This document shows positions 10,320 to 20,130 of a stretch of DNA of 64,000 nucleotides, one piece after another (within the stretch, counting starts at the first letter, position 1; the number at the start of each line of letters is the position of its first letter). The stretch covers positions 64,001-128,000 of the forward strand of contig CAVONQ010000010.1 of assembly GCA_963697335.1 (NCBI GenBank). The letters run 5' to 3'. The notes beneath the pieces are model-generated. The model saw only the letters and a program-made list of their open reading frames with translations. It made no database searches and was not told the DNA's origin. This DNA comes from an uncultured cyanobacterium. GTDB lineage: Bacteria > Cyanobacteriota > Cyanobacteriia > PCC-6307 > Cyanobiaceae. The position numbers and the translations under genes are program-made.

Positions 10320-10982
10320 ATGCGGCCTCGCACCCAACTCAAGATCTGCGGACTGCGCGATCCCAGCCAGGCTGCTGCGGTGGCAGCCCTCGGGGTGGAG
10401 GCGATCGGGGTGATCGCCGTGCCGTCCTCGCCCCGCTTCGTGGCCGAGGCGCAGCGACCGGCCCTGTTCGCCGCCATTGAGGCGGTGGCTCCGGCCTGTG
10501 CCGGCGTGCTGGTGGTGGCCGACCCCTCCGAGCAGGAGCTGGCCGCGCTGATGCCAGAGCGGGGGCATCGGATCGTGCAGCTGCACGGCGGCGAGCGCCC
10601 TGAGCAGTGCGGGGCCCTGCGCCGGCGCCTGGGCTGCACGCTCTGGAAGGCCCTGCGGATCCGCTCCGCGGCCGACCTGGCCCAGGCCCAGGCCTATGGC
10701 GGCCATGTGGATGCCCTGCTGCTGGATGCCTGGGTGCCGGATCAGCTGGGCGGCACGGGCCATCGGATTCCCCTGGAGTGGCTGGAGGGGTGGGAAAGCC
10801 CCCTGCCCTGGTGGCTGGCGGGCGGCATGGCACCCGAGCGGGTCGCCGGCGTACTCGCCAAGGTCCGTCCCACCGGTCTGGATGCCTCCAGCGGCGTTGA
10901 GCGTGCTCCAGCCGACAAAGACCTCAGCAGGGTGGCGGCCCTGGTGGCGGCCGTGAAGGGCAGCAGCTTCCCAGGCCCCTGA
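10320..10982 (+). CDS. trpF: Phosphoribosylanthranilate isomerase
   Basis: LKICGL, VQLHGGE, LLLDA..GGTG, WLAGG, LDASSGVE. Confidence 0.95.
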   Translation: MRPRTQLKICGLRDPSQAAAVAALGVEAIGVIAVPSSPRFVAEAQRPALFAAIEAVAPACAGVLVVADPSEQELAALMPERGHRIVQLHGGERPEQCGALRRRLGCTLWKALRIRSAADLAQAQAYGGHVDALLLDAWVPDQLGGTGHRIPLEWLEGWESPLPWWLAGGMAPERVAGVLAKVRPTGLDASSGVERAPADKDLSRVAALVAAVKGSSFPGP

Positions 10983-11017
10983 AGCGTCAGAATCCAGGCA
11001 CGTCACGACCTGCCCCC

Positions 11018-11548
11018 ATGGTGTCCCTGCAAGCGTTCCGTCGCGGCTGCTTCGCCGCGCTGCTGCTGGTGTGGGGCGTGCCTGCCCAGGCCCAGGACCT
11101 GGTGGGCTGCCAGCTGCTCGATGGCCAGCTCTCCTGTGTGCCCGGGGTCAGCACCAATCCCGAGGCCCAGATCAAGGCCCTGCGCCAGGAGATTGCTGGC
11201 ACCATCAGCCAGGAGGATGCTGTGGAACAGAGCATCAAGGGCTTGGAATCCCTGGAGCTGGCGGGCGAGACCAGTGAGGGTGCCTTGCTTCAGGCGGTGG
11301 CGGATGCCGATGCCCTGGCGGCCTTGCCCGCTTCGGCCTACCACTGGTATCGCCTGTCGGTGGATGACACCACCTGGCTGTTGATCAGCGGTGCGCAAGG
11401 CCCCACCTATGTGCTCCAGCCCGAGGATGTAGGCAGGGAGGTGATGCTCGTGGTCACCGTAGATGGTCGGGATGGGAGCTCCGAGACGATGGCGAAGCCA
11501 TCGAGCCGTCGGCAGGCCAGCCCGCCGGTAGGGCCGATTCGGCCTTGA
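11018..11548 (+). CDS. Secreted hypothetical protein with Ig-like module
   Basis: Signal peptide ending AQA, Cys pair, YHWYR...ISGAQGPTYVLQPEDVG. Confidence 0.7.
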   Translation: MVSLQAFRRGCFAALLLVWGVPAQAQDLVGCQLLDGQLSCVPGVSTNPEAQIKALRQEIAGTISQEDAVEQSIKGLESLELAGETSEGALLQAVADADALAALPASAYHWYRLSVDDTTWLLISGAQGPTYVLQPEDVGREVMLVVTVDGRDGSSETMAKPSSRRQASPPVGPIRP

Positions 11549-11554
11549 TCCGGG

Positions 11555-12298
11555 TCAGGTTGAGAGAACGGCTTCTTGCTGTTTTACGAGCTCAAAGAAT
11601 TCCGACTTGAGGCTTGGATCGTGACGGAAGTCTCCACGCACGATGGAGTTCACCATGCTGGTCTGGGGCTCCTTGACCCCACGCCACTTCATGCAATAGT
11701 GCTGTGCCTTCACCAGAATCGCCAGCCCCTGGGGCTTGCAGAGGCGCTCGATTTCATCAGCCAGGATCATCACGGCCTCTTCCTGGATGTGGGGCCTGGA
11801 GAATACCCAGTCGGCCACACGGGAGAATTTGGACAGGCCGATCACCTGGTCGCCAGGCTTGATCCCGATCCAGCAGTTGCCGAGAATCGGCACCAGGTGG
11901 TGCGAGCAGGCCGAGCGCACTGAGATGGGGCCAACGGTGTAGATCTCATCCAGCTTCTTGACATTCGGGAAGCTGGCGATCTTTGGCTGGTGGTGGTAGC
12001 GACCCTTGAACACCTCATGCAGGTACATGCGCGCGACGCGCTCGGCGGTTTCTTCGGTGTTGTGGTCGTTGTCGATATCGATCACAAGACTGCGCAGCAG
12101 TTCGCGCACCTTGCCTGCCACCTCGATCTCGAGCTGATCGAGCTCACCTTCCTGGAGGTGGTTGGCGATGTTGTCGTTGGCGAAGAAGGCCACGCCCTCC
12201 TTCTCGAGGCGATCCCGGATGCGCAGCGAAACGGGCATGGGGGTGGTGTTCGGCGCCGAGCCGCTGGCACTGAAACTGGAAGGAAACGTGGACGTCAT
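11555..12298 (-). CDS. folE: GTP cyclohydrolase I
   Basis: SACSHHLVP, IGLSKFSR, IQEE, AQHYCMKWRGV. Confidence 0.95.
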   Translation of the reverse strand: MTSTFPSSFSASGSAPNTTPMPVSLRIRDRLEKEGVAFFANDNIANHLQEGELDQLEIEVAGKVRELLRSLVIDIDNDHNTEETAERVARMYLHEVFKGRYHHQPKIASFPNVKKLDEIYTVGPISVRSACSHHLVPILGNCWIGIKPGDQVIGLSKFSRVADWVFSRPHIQEEAVMILADEIERLCKPQGLAILVKAQHYCMKWRGVKEPQTSMVNSIVRGDFRHDPSLKSEFFELVKQQEAVLST

Positions 12299-12303
12299 AG
12301 GAG

Positions 12304-13014
12304 TCAGAGCGCGCCGGCGGCCGGCATAAGGGTCAGATCGTCCACCACCTGGGTGGCGGGCTGTTGGGCCAGGTACAGCAGGGCATCGGCGGCCCGCTCA
12401 GAATCAAGCATGGCATGGCGATCAAATGAACTGTGGACGGTTTCACTGTCCCAGAGGGGAGTATTCACCGCACCCAGGGTGAGCGTGCTGACACGAATGC
12501 CATGGCCCCGCTCTTCCACAGCCAAACAACGGCTGAGCGAAGCGAGGGCCGCCTTGCTGACGCAATAGGCTCCCCAGTCGGGGAAGGCCTGGTGCGCGGC
12601 ATGGCTGCTCACGTTGATGATCAATCCCCCTCCCCGGGCCCGTAGTCGGGGCACCAGGCACTGGCAGACCTGGAACACCGCCGTGAGATTGAGCTGCATG
12701 AGCTGCTGCCACTGGGCCAGGGCCATGGTGGTCAACGCTCCGGTGTAGGCCATACCGGCGTTGTTGATCACCACATCGGGTTCGAGGCCCCGGGAGCAGA
12801 GATCCTCCAGCCCCGGGCCCACGCTGTCGGGCTGGCCGAGGTCGATGGCCTCGATTTCCACCCGGCAGCCTGAGCTGGCCAGGTCAGCCGCCTGGTGCGC
12901 CAGGGACTGGCGATCGCGGGCAAGCAGCAGCAGATCGAAACCTGCCGCCGCAAAACGCCGAGCTGTTGCAGCCCCAATCCCTCGGGACGAGCCGGTGATC
13001 AGAACTGTGGGCAA
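12304..13014 (-). CDS. SDR family oxidoreductase
   Basis: TGSSRGIG, NNAG, YCVSK; start uncertain (TTG 13014 or 13092). Confidence 0.9.
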   Translation of the reverse strand: MPTVLITGSSRGIGAATARRFAAAGFDLLLLARDRQSLAHQAADLASSGCRVEIEAIDLGQPDSVGPGLEDLCSRGLEPDVVINNAGMAYTGALTTMALAQWQQLMQLNLTAVFQVCQCLVPRLRARGGGLIINVSSHAAHQAFPDWGAYCVSKAALASLSRCLAVEERGHGIRVSTLTLGAVNTPLWDSETVHSSFDRHAMLDSERAADALLYLAQQPATQVVDDLTLMPAAGAL

Positions 13015-13095
13015 GGGGGAAGGGGGTGACGACGGCTTGGAAGGCTGGTAACCGAGGACCTCGGTGAGGGCCCTTCCAAGCGGTTGACTCAAACC

Positions 13096-14085
13096 TTAAG
13101 GGCGGAGCGAGCGCTCTGGGGCACCGGATTCCAGCACCTGGCCCATGCGGCGAAACTTCTCGTAGCGCGCCTGCTGCAAAGCGGCGGCGTCCAGGCTGCT
13201 CAGCTGGCCGAGGTGATCGAGCAGGGCGGCCTTGAGGGTGTCGGCCGCCTGCAGCGGCGCCCAGTGGTTACCCCCTGAGGGTTCCGGCAACACCTGATCC
13301 ACAATGCCGAGCCTGAGCAGATCGGCTCCGGTGATCTTCAGGGCTTCGGCGGCCTCGGGGGCCTTGCCGGCGTCGCGCCAGAGGATCGAGGCGCAGGCCT
13401 CCGGTGACGCCACCGTGTAGACGCTGTGCTCGAACATCAGCAGTCGATCGGCCACGCCGATGCCGAGGGCACCACCCGATCCCCCCTCACCGATCACCGT
13501 GGCCAGGATCGGCACCCGCAGCCGGAACATCTCGCGCAGGTTCACCGCAATCGCCTCCCCCTGGCCCTGCTCCTCGGCCAGAACACCGGCATAGGCCCCG
13601 GGGGTGTCGATGAAACTCAGAATCGGCAGCCGAAAGCGGTCGGCATGCTCCATCAGCCGCATCGCCTTGCGGTAGCCGCCCGGCGAGGCCATGCCGAAGT
13701 TGCGGGCCACGTTCTCCTTGGTGTCGCGCCCCTTCTGGTGACCCAGCAGCATCACGCTGATGCCGTTCACCCGGCCCACACCCCCCACCAGGGCCTGGTC
13801 GTCAGAGCCGCGGCGGTCGCCGTGCAGCTCGAGGAAGCTGTCAGTGATCAGCTGGATGTAATCGAGGGTGCTGGGTCGCTGGGGGTGGCGGGCCACCTGG
13901 ATCTTCTGGGCGGCACTGAGGCCGTCGAAGATCTCCTTGCGCCGCCTGGTGGCCAGGGTTTCCAGCTGCAGCAGCTGCTGGCTCACATCCACTTCGGAGT
14001 CACGCGCCAACTGGCGGATCTGCTCGATCTGATCCTCCAGTTCCACCAGAGGTTTTTCAAATTCGAGCAGAGCGCGGCGGGCCAT
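13096..14085 (-). CDS. accA: Acetyl-CoA carboxylase carboxyltransferase alpha subunit
   Basis: [40 protein letters not shown]. Confidence 0.98.
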   Translation of the reverse strand: MARRALLEFEKPLVELEDQIEQIRQLARDSEVDVSQQLLQLETLATRRRKEIFDGLSAAQKIQVARHPQRPSTLDYIQLITDSFLELHGDRRGSDDQALVGGVGRVNGISVMLLGHQKGRDTKENVARNFGMASPGGYRKAMRLMEHADRFRLPILSFIDTPGAYAGVLAEEQGQGEAIAVNLREMFRLRVPILATVIGEGGSGGALGIGVADRLLMFEHSVYTVASPEACASILWRDAGKAPEAAEALKITGADLLRLGIVDQVLPEPSGGNHWAPLQAADTLKAALLDHLGQLSSLDAAALQQARYEKFRRMGQVLESGAPERSLRP

Positions 14086-14121
14086 GGGGTGGCTGGGGAG
14101 CGAGGGGGAAGAGCTCGGTCG

Positions 14122-15171
14122 TCAGGCGATCGAGAGGGCGGGTGATGGGGAGCCGGCCGGCTCCAGGCCCAGGGATTGGAAGCCGTGGCGCAAGGAGGCT
14201 TCGCCGATCAGGTCCATGGCGGCCAGGTTGATGTTGTTGCGCCCCCAGCTGAAGTTGGTATGGATGTCTTCGAAGTCGAGCAGCATGGCCTCCGCAAAGC
14301 AGGCAAACATCTGCCGCTCGGGCACCGCCATCTCGGCCAGCTCCATCATCTGCCAGCCGATGTCCTGCCAGAACTCGACAATGCCGCCCTTGAGCACGTG
14401 AATGCCCTCGGCGGCGGCCTTGGTGTCGAGGTTCTTGGGGTAGCCGCCGTCGATCATCAGGCAGGGGCGCTTGAGGCTGCCGGTGTCGATGGTGAGGCTC
14501 TGGGGCAGGCTGGCCACCCATACCACCACGTCAGCCTCGGGCAGGGCCGCCTCCAGGGGCAGGATCCTGCCTTCCCCCAGGCTTTCCTGCAGCTCCACCA
14601 GGGGTTGGGGTCGCCTGGCCACCAACAGCAGTTCGCCAACGCCCGTGCGCTGCAGCCAACGGCAGACGGCACTGCCGATGTCGCCGCTGGCGCCCACCAC
14701 GGCCACATTGGCCCTGGCCAGGTCGATGCCCAGTTTTGGGGCGTTGCGCTCCACCTGCTGACAGATCACCCAGGCGGTGTGGGTGTTGCCGGTGGTGAAG
14801 CGACTCCAATCGAGCTGGACGGCACTGATGCGTTCTTCGCGCAGCAGATTGAGGTCTTCGAAGATGATCGAGGTAAAACCACCCAGGGCGGTGATGTCAA
14901 TGCCAGAGCGTTGCACCAGCTCCATGGCTTTGAGCACCTTGCGCTTGGCCGTCTTGAAACGACGCAACATCTCCGGCACAAACACCGAATCGATGTAGGC
15001 GCCCTTGATCACTTTCCCGGTGCGGCTGGTCACCTGCACATGCTCGACCAGCTGGGGTGGCGCTGCACACCACATATCGAGGTCCCCATCGGCGAACTCG
15101 TCAAATCCCAGGGAGCGAGCCTTGGCCCTGGCCTCCTCAAAGCTGGTGGAGTGCCCGATGAGGCCGAACAT
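14122..15171 (-). CDS. aar: Long-chain acyl-ACP reductase (alkane synthesis)
   Basis: [34 protein letters not shown]. Confidence 0.96.
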   Translation of the reverse strand: MFGLIGHSTSFEEARAKARSLGFDEFADGDLDMWCAAPPQLVEHVQVTSRTGKVIKGAYIDSVFVPEMLRRFKTAKRKVLKAMELVQRSGIDITALGGFTSIIFEDLNLLREERISAVQLDWSRFTTGNTHTAWVICQQVERNAPKLGIDLARANVAVVGASGDIGSAVCRWLQRTGVGELLLVARRPQPLVELQESLGEGRILPLEAALPEADVVVWVASLPQSLTIDTGSLKRPCLMIDGGYPKNLDTKAAAEGIHVLKGGIVEFWQDIGWQMMELAEMAVPERQMFACFAEAMLLDFEDIHTNFSWGRNNINLAAMDLIGEASLRHGFQSLGLEPAGSPSPALSIA

Positions 15172-15181
15172 GCGCAGAAGT

Positions 15182-15209
15182 GGAGGATGTCGCGGACGCT
15201 ACATCCTCC
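15182..15209. promoter_or_regulatory. Strong hairpin between ado and aar
   Basis: GGAGGATGT-N10-ACATCCTCC perfect 9-bp inverted repeat. Confidence 0.6.
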
Positions 15210-15231
15210 CATGGGGGTGTGGGGCAGCTCG

Positions 15232-15975
15232 TCAGCCGACCAGAGCAGCGGCAGCAAGCTTGGCGATTTCGCGGCTGGTGAAGCCGATGTCCATCAGGGC
15301 CTCCTGGTAGGAACTGAGGAAATCGGCCATCAGGTCTTCCTTGTCCATCAGCAGCACGGCGGCGTCATCGGCCACCTGATCGAGCATCTTGCGCACGAGT
15401 GGCAGATTCTCCCGGTTGGCCTGCTCAAGCTCCTCTCGCACGTTGTCCAGATTGGCCTTGAGCCACTCCTGGCCATAGTTGAGGTGGGTGTACTCATCCT
15501 TGACCACCCCCTCAGTGATGCGGCGGGCGAAGGGGTCGGCCACCGGGATGTAGATGTGGTAGGCCGAAATGGCGAAAGCTTCGATCAGGATGGCCTGAAT
15601 CAGCAGACAGGTGGTGACCTTGCCTTCCTCCAGGGCCTTCTGGAAGTTCCTGTGCAGCGGGGAGAAGAATTCCTTGGCGAACGGCATGTCCGCCGTGACA
15701 CTCAGGTTGTTGGCACAGGCGGTAAAGCCCTTCATGTGCTTCAGCTCCATGCGGGCCAGCTTGGCCAGCTCATCGGCCTGGTCAGGGATCAGGGTGCCCA
15801 AGGCGATGTAGTTGTCGTGGGCTTCCTGCTCACCCTCGATCACGATCGCATTGATGCGGCTGTAAGCGTCCTTGTAGGTGGGGCTGGCGAAATCCGGCAG
15901 ACCGTCGGCCGGAGTCTGGCCGTTGCTGGCAGCACCGGTGGTTTCGACGACAGCAGGGTGGGCGACAGATGCCAT
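15232..15975 (-). CDS. ado: Aldehyde-deformylating oxygenase
   Basis: [23 protein letters not shown], ExxH di-iron motifs (ELKH, EYTH). Confidence 0.97.
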   Translation of the reverse strand: MASVAHPAVVETTGAASNGQTPADGLPDFASPTYKDAYSRINAIVIEGEQEAHDNYIALGTLIPDQADELAKLARMELKHMKGFTACANNLSVTADMPFAKEFFSPLHRNFQKALEEGKVTTCLLIQAILIEAFAISAYHIYIPVADPFARRITEGVVKDEYTHLNYGQEWLKANLDNVREELEQANRENLPLVRKMLDQVADDAAVLLMDKEDLMADFLSSYQEALMDIGFTSREIAKLAAAALVG

Positions 15976-16091
15976 AGGGGCCGCAGCTCAAGCAATGGCC
16001 AGACTGTAACCACCCCTGGTGAAACTCGGCCCAGCGGTTGCCCGAACAGCACCGTTGCCGGAACAGCCCAGTGGCCCCAGGTCTGCCCGGT

Positions 16092-16946
16092 TCAGGCGCC
16101 CGCCTGCTCCGCCGGCGGGGGAACGGGCGGCCAGTCGCTGGCCAGCAGGGACTCCAGCCGGCGCGTCCACCCGTCCACCAGGCGTTCGAACAGGTCGGCG
16201 CCCAGGGCCGCCGTGGCCCCCCGGCTGTCGCCGATCACGCCGCTGCTGGTGAGGTCGTGGCTCAGCCAGGCGCAGGGGGCCGCCCCCTCCAGACTCCAGC
16301 CCTCGGGGGGCGCCGGTCCCTCCACCCCATCGCGGGGGCGCTCGGGTCCCACCAGTTCGGGGGCTAGATGGAGCATCAGACTGGTTTCCGCCAGGCCGGC
16401 ATGGAGGCCTTGCAGCCGTTCGGCCTGGGGCAACAGCGGGCCCAGCCCCTCCGGCCCGCTCCACAGGAAGCAGGGCAACACGGCCATCTGGGGCGCGGCG
16501 GCCCGCAGCTGCCGCGCTGCCGCCTGCAGCAGCGCGATCTGGCCGCCGTGGCCGTTGAGCAGCACGAGCCTGCGGAATCCGGCAGAAGCGAGCTGCTGGC
16601 CGATGCCCTGCACCAGGTCCACCACCACATGGGAGGGCAGGCTCAGGGTGCCGGGGAAGCCCAGGTGCTCCGGCGAAAACCCCATGGGTTGGAGCGGCAG
16701 TCGCCAGATGGGCCGATCCTGCGGCAGCCGGGCCAGCACCGCTTCCACCAGTCGCTCAGCGAAGACGGCGTCGGTGCCTAGGGGCAACTGGGGGCCGTGC
16801 TGCTCCACAGCACCCCAGGGCCAGACCACGGTGCTGCCGTCACGAGCCGCGGCCCGCTGCAGCTCGGGCCAGGGCAGCGCCATCAGTTCGTGCTGCAGGG
16901 GCATGGGGGCGGCCGGAGTCGGAGCGGAAGGGGGCTGGCGTGGCAT
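16092..16946 (-). CDS. Creatininase family protein
   Basis: GAVEQHGPQLPLGTD, SPEHLGFPGT, NGHGGQ, HAGLAETS; start uncertain. Confidence 0.9.
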   Translation of the reverse strand: MPRQPPSAPTPAAPMPLQHELMALPWPELQRAAARDGSTVVWPWGAVEQHGPQLPLGTDAVFAERLVEAVLARLPQDRPIWRLPLQPMGFSPEHLGFPGTLSLPSHVVVDLVQGIGQQLASAGFRRLVLLNGHGGQIALLQAAARQLRAAAPQMAVLPCFLWSGPEGLGPLLPQAERLQGLHAGLAETSLMLHLAPELVGPERPRDGVEGPAPPEGWSLEGAAPCAWLSHDLTSSGVIGDSRGATAALGADLFERLVDGWTRRLESLLASDWPPVPPPAEQAGA

Positions 16947-17025
16947 CGGGACGGGGCGGCCCTGGGTCCCGCCGAATCCCCATGAATCCAATCTCTACAG
17001 TGTGCTGCGCTCAGCAGCAGCACCG

Positions 17026-18288
17026 ATGGCCGGATCAGGCAACAGTTCGCCCGCCCCGTCCTCCCGGCCCGTGCCGCCGAGGCCGCCCCGTTCTGGCGCG
17101 GAGCCCCCGCAGCGCAAGCCCCCTCAGGTGTTGCTGATCAAGAAGGATCAGCCGGCCGCCCCGGTGCCGGCGGCCCCGCTGGTGGCTGACCAGGATTCCC
17201 CAGCCAGCCCCCGAGCGGCGTCACCGGTCCACACGCCCCAGACCCAGCCCCCGGCAGCCCCGCGGAGCGACGACGAGCTGTTTGACCTGGGGGGAATGGA
17301 GGGCCTCACCATGGCCGACCTGCTGGGGCCCGATGGCTCCCGCCAGGCCCGTCCCCGAGCCGCCGAGTCCCCTGGTCGGCCCGCCAGCCGCAGCGTCGAC
17401 GAGTTCGACTTTGACGAACAGGCCTTTCTCGCCGCGCTTGACGAGCAGGACTTCGTGGGCTCCACCGGTGAGGTGGTGACCGGTGTGGTGGTGGGCCTCG
17501 AGAGCGACGGTGTCTATGTGGACATCGGCGGCAAGGCGCCGGGCTTCATGCCCAAGAAGGAAGCCGCCCTCGGCGTGATCACCAACCTCAAGGAGCGCTT
17601 CCCCAGCGGCACCGCCGTGGAGGTGCTGGTGACCCGGGAGCAGAACGCCGACGGCATGGTCACGGTGAGTGCCCGCGCCCTGGCCCTGCGCCACAGCTGG
17701 GAGAAGGTGCGGACGCTTGAGAAGGAGGGCAAGGTGGTACAGGTCAAGGTGAGCGGCTTCAACCGTGGCGGCGTCACCTGTGATCTCGAGGGGCTCAGGG
17801 GCTTCATTCCCCGCTCCCAGCTCGTGGAGGGGGAGAACCACGAGGCTTTGGTGGGCAAGACCCTGGGGGTCACGTTCCTGGAGGTGAATGCCGAGACCCA
17901 CAAGCTGGTGCTCTCGGAGAAGAAGGCCGCCACAGCGGCTCGCTTCAGCCAGCTGGAGGTGGGCCAGCTGGTGGAGGGCGTGGTGGTGTCGGTGAAGCCC
18001 TACGGCTTCTTTGTGGATCTGGGCGGCATCAGTGGGCTGCTGCACGCCAGCTGCATCACCGGTGCCGAGCTGCGCGATCTGCGCGAGGCATTCAGCCAGG
18101 GGGAGCGGCTCTGCGCCCTCGTCACCGACCTTGACCCCGGGCGGGGTCGCATTGCCCTGAACACGGCCCTGCTGGAGGGCCAGGCCGGGGAGCTGCTGGT
18201 GGACAAACAGCGGGTGATGGAGGAGGCCGCCGACAGGGCCAATCGGGCCCGTTCGCTGCTGCGTCAGCAAGAACAGGCGGCCGGATGA
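17026..18288 (+). CDS. S1 RNA-binding domain protein (ribosomal S1 homolog, Rps1b/Nbp1 type)
   Basis: Three S1 domains (VYVDIGGK, GLRGFIPRSQ, YGFFVDLGG) after a Pro-rich N-terminus. Confidence 0.9.
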   Translation: MAGSGNSSPAPSSRPVPPRPPRSGAEPPQRKPPQVLLIKKDQPAAPVPAAPLVADQDSPASPRAASPVHTPQTQPPAAPRSDDELFDLGGMEGLTMADLLGPDGSRQARPRAAESPGRPASRSVDEFDFDEQAFLAALDEQDFVGSTGEVVTGVVVGLESDGVYVDIGGKAPGFMPKKEAALGVITNLKERFPSGTAVEVLVTREQNADGMVTVSARALALRHSWEKVRTLEKEGKVVQVKVSGFNRGGVTCDLEGLRGFIPRSQLVEGENHEALVGKTLGVTFLEVNAETHKLVLSEKKAATAARFSQLEVGQLVEGVVVSVKPYGFFVDLGGISGLLHASCITGAELRDLREAFSQGERLCALVTDLDPGRGRIALNTALLEGQAGELLVDKQRVMEEAADRANRARSLLRQQEQAAG

Positions 18289-19289
18289 GCGATCTGAATC
18301 CGCCGACGCCTGCCGTTCCGGCCCGACCCCCAACGTCGCAGACGGAGACCTCTGGGCCCGCTGCCACGGCACCCGCGGCGGTCCCCGTTGCCCCGACCGC
18401 GCCTGGATCGCCGATCGGCCCTGACTGGGAGCTCGATTTCTATTCCCGCCCCATCCTGGATCCCGAGGGCAAAAAACGCTGGGAGCTGCTGATCTGCTCC
18501 ACCCCCGAGGTGGGTAAGGACGGCGCTGCTGCCAAGGACAGCTTTCGCTGGGTGCGGGCCTGTCCCGCCTCCAGCGTCAATTCGATCTGGCTGCGGGAGG
18601 CCCTGCAGGCCGCCCAGGCCGAGGCGACCGCCGCAGGATTGGCGCCGCCGCGGCGGTTGCGCTGCTGGCGAGCCTCGATGTGCACCATGGTGCAGCGGGC
18701 TGCCGAGGGTCTGGGACTGGACCTCATCCCCAGCCGCCGCACCTATGCCCTGGTGGGCTGGCTGCAGCAGCGCGAGCGGGAGGTGTATCCCCAGCAGGAG
18801 GGCTACCTGGCCGGCCCCCTGGCACCGCCTCCCCAGGCCGTGCGGCCGGTGCCGCTGCCCCTGCCCGAGGCCGCCCGGGGTGACAGTTGGGCCTGGGCCA
18901 GCCTGCCGGTGAAGGCCCTGGCCGGGGCCAAGGCCTGGGACAGCGGCTTCGCGGGCCTGGTGCCCCTGCCCGAGGACGCCGCCGCCGATGCTGCCGTGCC
19001 TGGCCTGCGGCTGTTCAGCTCCCGTCGCGCCCTGGCGGTGGCTGGCTGGCTGGCGGGCCTGGAGCCGGTGCGCCTGGAGATCGTGGGCACCCAGCTGGTG
19101 CTGGAAGCGGGCATGGATGATCGCTGGTTGCTGGCCACCCTGCCCGAGGCCGAGGCTGAGGCGGCGGCGCAGGCCTTCACCACGTCGCGGCAGCAGGCAG
19201 CGGGCCTTCAGTTCATCGCGGTGCAGAGCCGCGAGAGCGATCAGCGGTTCGAGGGGTTCTGGCTGCTGCGGGATCTGCCCGATGGCTGA
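18285..19289 (+). CDS. Tab2/Atab2 family RNA-binding protein
   Basis: DWELDFYSRPILD..GKKRWELLIC, VNSIWL, FEGFWLLRD. Confidence 0.92.
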   Translation: MSDLNPPTPAVPARPPTSQTETSGPAATAPAAVPVAPTAPGSPIGPDWELDFYSRPILDPEGKKRWELLICSTPEVGKDGAAAKDSFRWVRACPASSVNSIWLREALQAAQAEATAAGLAPPRRLRCWRASMCTMVQRAAEGLGLDLIPSRRTYALVGWLQQREREVYPQQEGYLAGPLAPPPQAVRPVPLPLPEAARGDSWAWASLPVKALAGAKAWDSGFAGLVPLPEDAAADAAVPGLRLFSSRRALAVAGWLAGLEPVRLEIVGTQLVLEAGMDDRWLLATLPEAEAEAAAQAFTTSRQQAAGLQFIAVQSRESDQRFEGFWLLRDLPDG

Positions 19290-20103
19290 GGCCGTGCCAC
19301 CGCCGTTCGATCGGCCTGATGCGGGATTCAATCAACTGGCTGGCTGGACCTGGGTGGGCTGCTACGGCGGCTACTACCTGCAGTCCGACCTGCTCACGGG
19401 CTTTGAGCACGGCTTTTTCACCCGCCAGTGGCAGGGCCGCACTCCCGAGGTGCTGGTGGGCTATCTCAGTGCCGGCGTCACGGTGCACCGGCCCCAGCAG
19501 GTCCATGGAGGCCTGGTGCTGCCCGCCAGCAAGGCGACGCTGGAGCCCTGGCCCGAGGCGGATGGGCTGGTCAGCGATGCCGGTGCCCAGAGTCTGTGGG
19601 TGTGCGGTGCTGACTGCACCCCCGTGCTGCTGGCCGACCCCCGCAGCGGCAGGGTGGCGGTCTGCCATGCCGGCTGGCGGGGGGTGGCGGAGCGCATCCT
19701 GCCGGCTGCGGTGGCCCAGCTGGAGGTCGCCGGCTGCCGGGCGGCAGACCTGCTGGTGGCCCTGGGCCCCGCCGTGTCGGGGGAGCGGTACCAGGTGCTG
19801 CGCGTTGTGAGCGAACGGGTGGCCCTAAGCCTCACGCCTGAGGCCACTGCCGCCCCCACGGCCACTGCTGAGGCCCTTGAGGCCCTCCAGGCCTGTGGTG
19901 CCCTGCTGGGCGATCCCGAGCCCGGCCATGACCGGCTCGACATCCGGGCCGCTGCCCGAGCCCAGCTGCTGCACTGCGGCATCCCCGCCGAGCAGATCGC
20001 CACCTGCCCCCTCTGCACCGTGACCGAGAGCGAGCTGTTCCACTCCTGGCGCCGTGACCAGGTGAAGGCGGTGCAGTGGAGTGGAATCGTGGCCCAGGGC
20101 TGA
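19282..20103 (+). CDS. pgeF: PgeF/YfiH family protein (laccase-domain, purine nucleoside phosphorylase-like)
   Basis: HGFFTR, QVHG, ADCTPVL, HAGWRG, FHSWRR. Confidence 0.92.
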   Translation: MAEAVPPPFDRPDAGFNQLAGWTWVGCYGGYYLQSDLLTGFEHGFFTRQWQGRTPEVLVGYLSAGVTVHRPQQVHGGLVLPASKATLEPWPEADGLVSDAGAQSLWVCGADCTPVLLADPRSGRVAVCHAGWRGVAERILPAAVAQLEVAGCRAADLLVALGPAVSGERYQVLRVVSERVALSLTPEATAAPTATAEALEALQACGALLGDPEPGHDRLDIRAAARAQLLHCGIPAEQIATCPLCTVTESELFHSWRRDQVKAVQWSGIVAQG

Positions 20104-20130
20104 TCCCCAGCCCGCCCCAGGTCGCCTGAT

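Noticed and set aside
15172..15234. ado and aar are in the same frame, suggesting a readthrough fusion
   Set aside because: An in-frame TAG lies within the 60-nt spacer
14176..17025. 2.85-kb open frame upstream of, and in frame with, the S1-domain gene (1370-aa ORF)
   Set aside because: It is the antisense shadow of aar, ado and the creatininase gene in GC-rich DNA; the translation has no domain-like character
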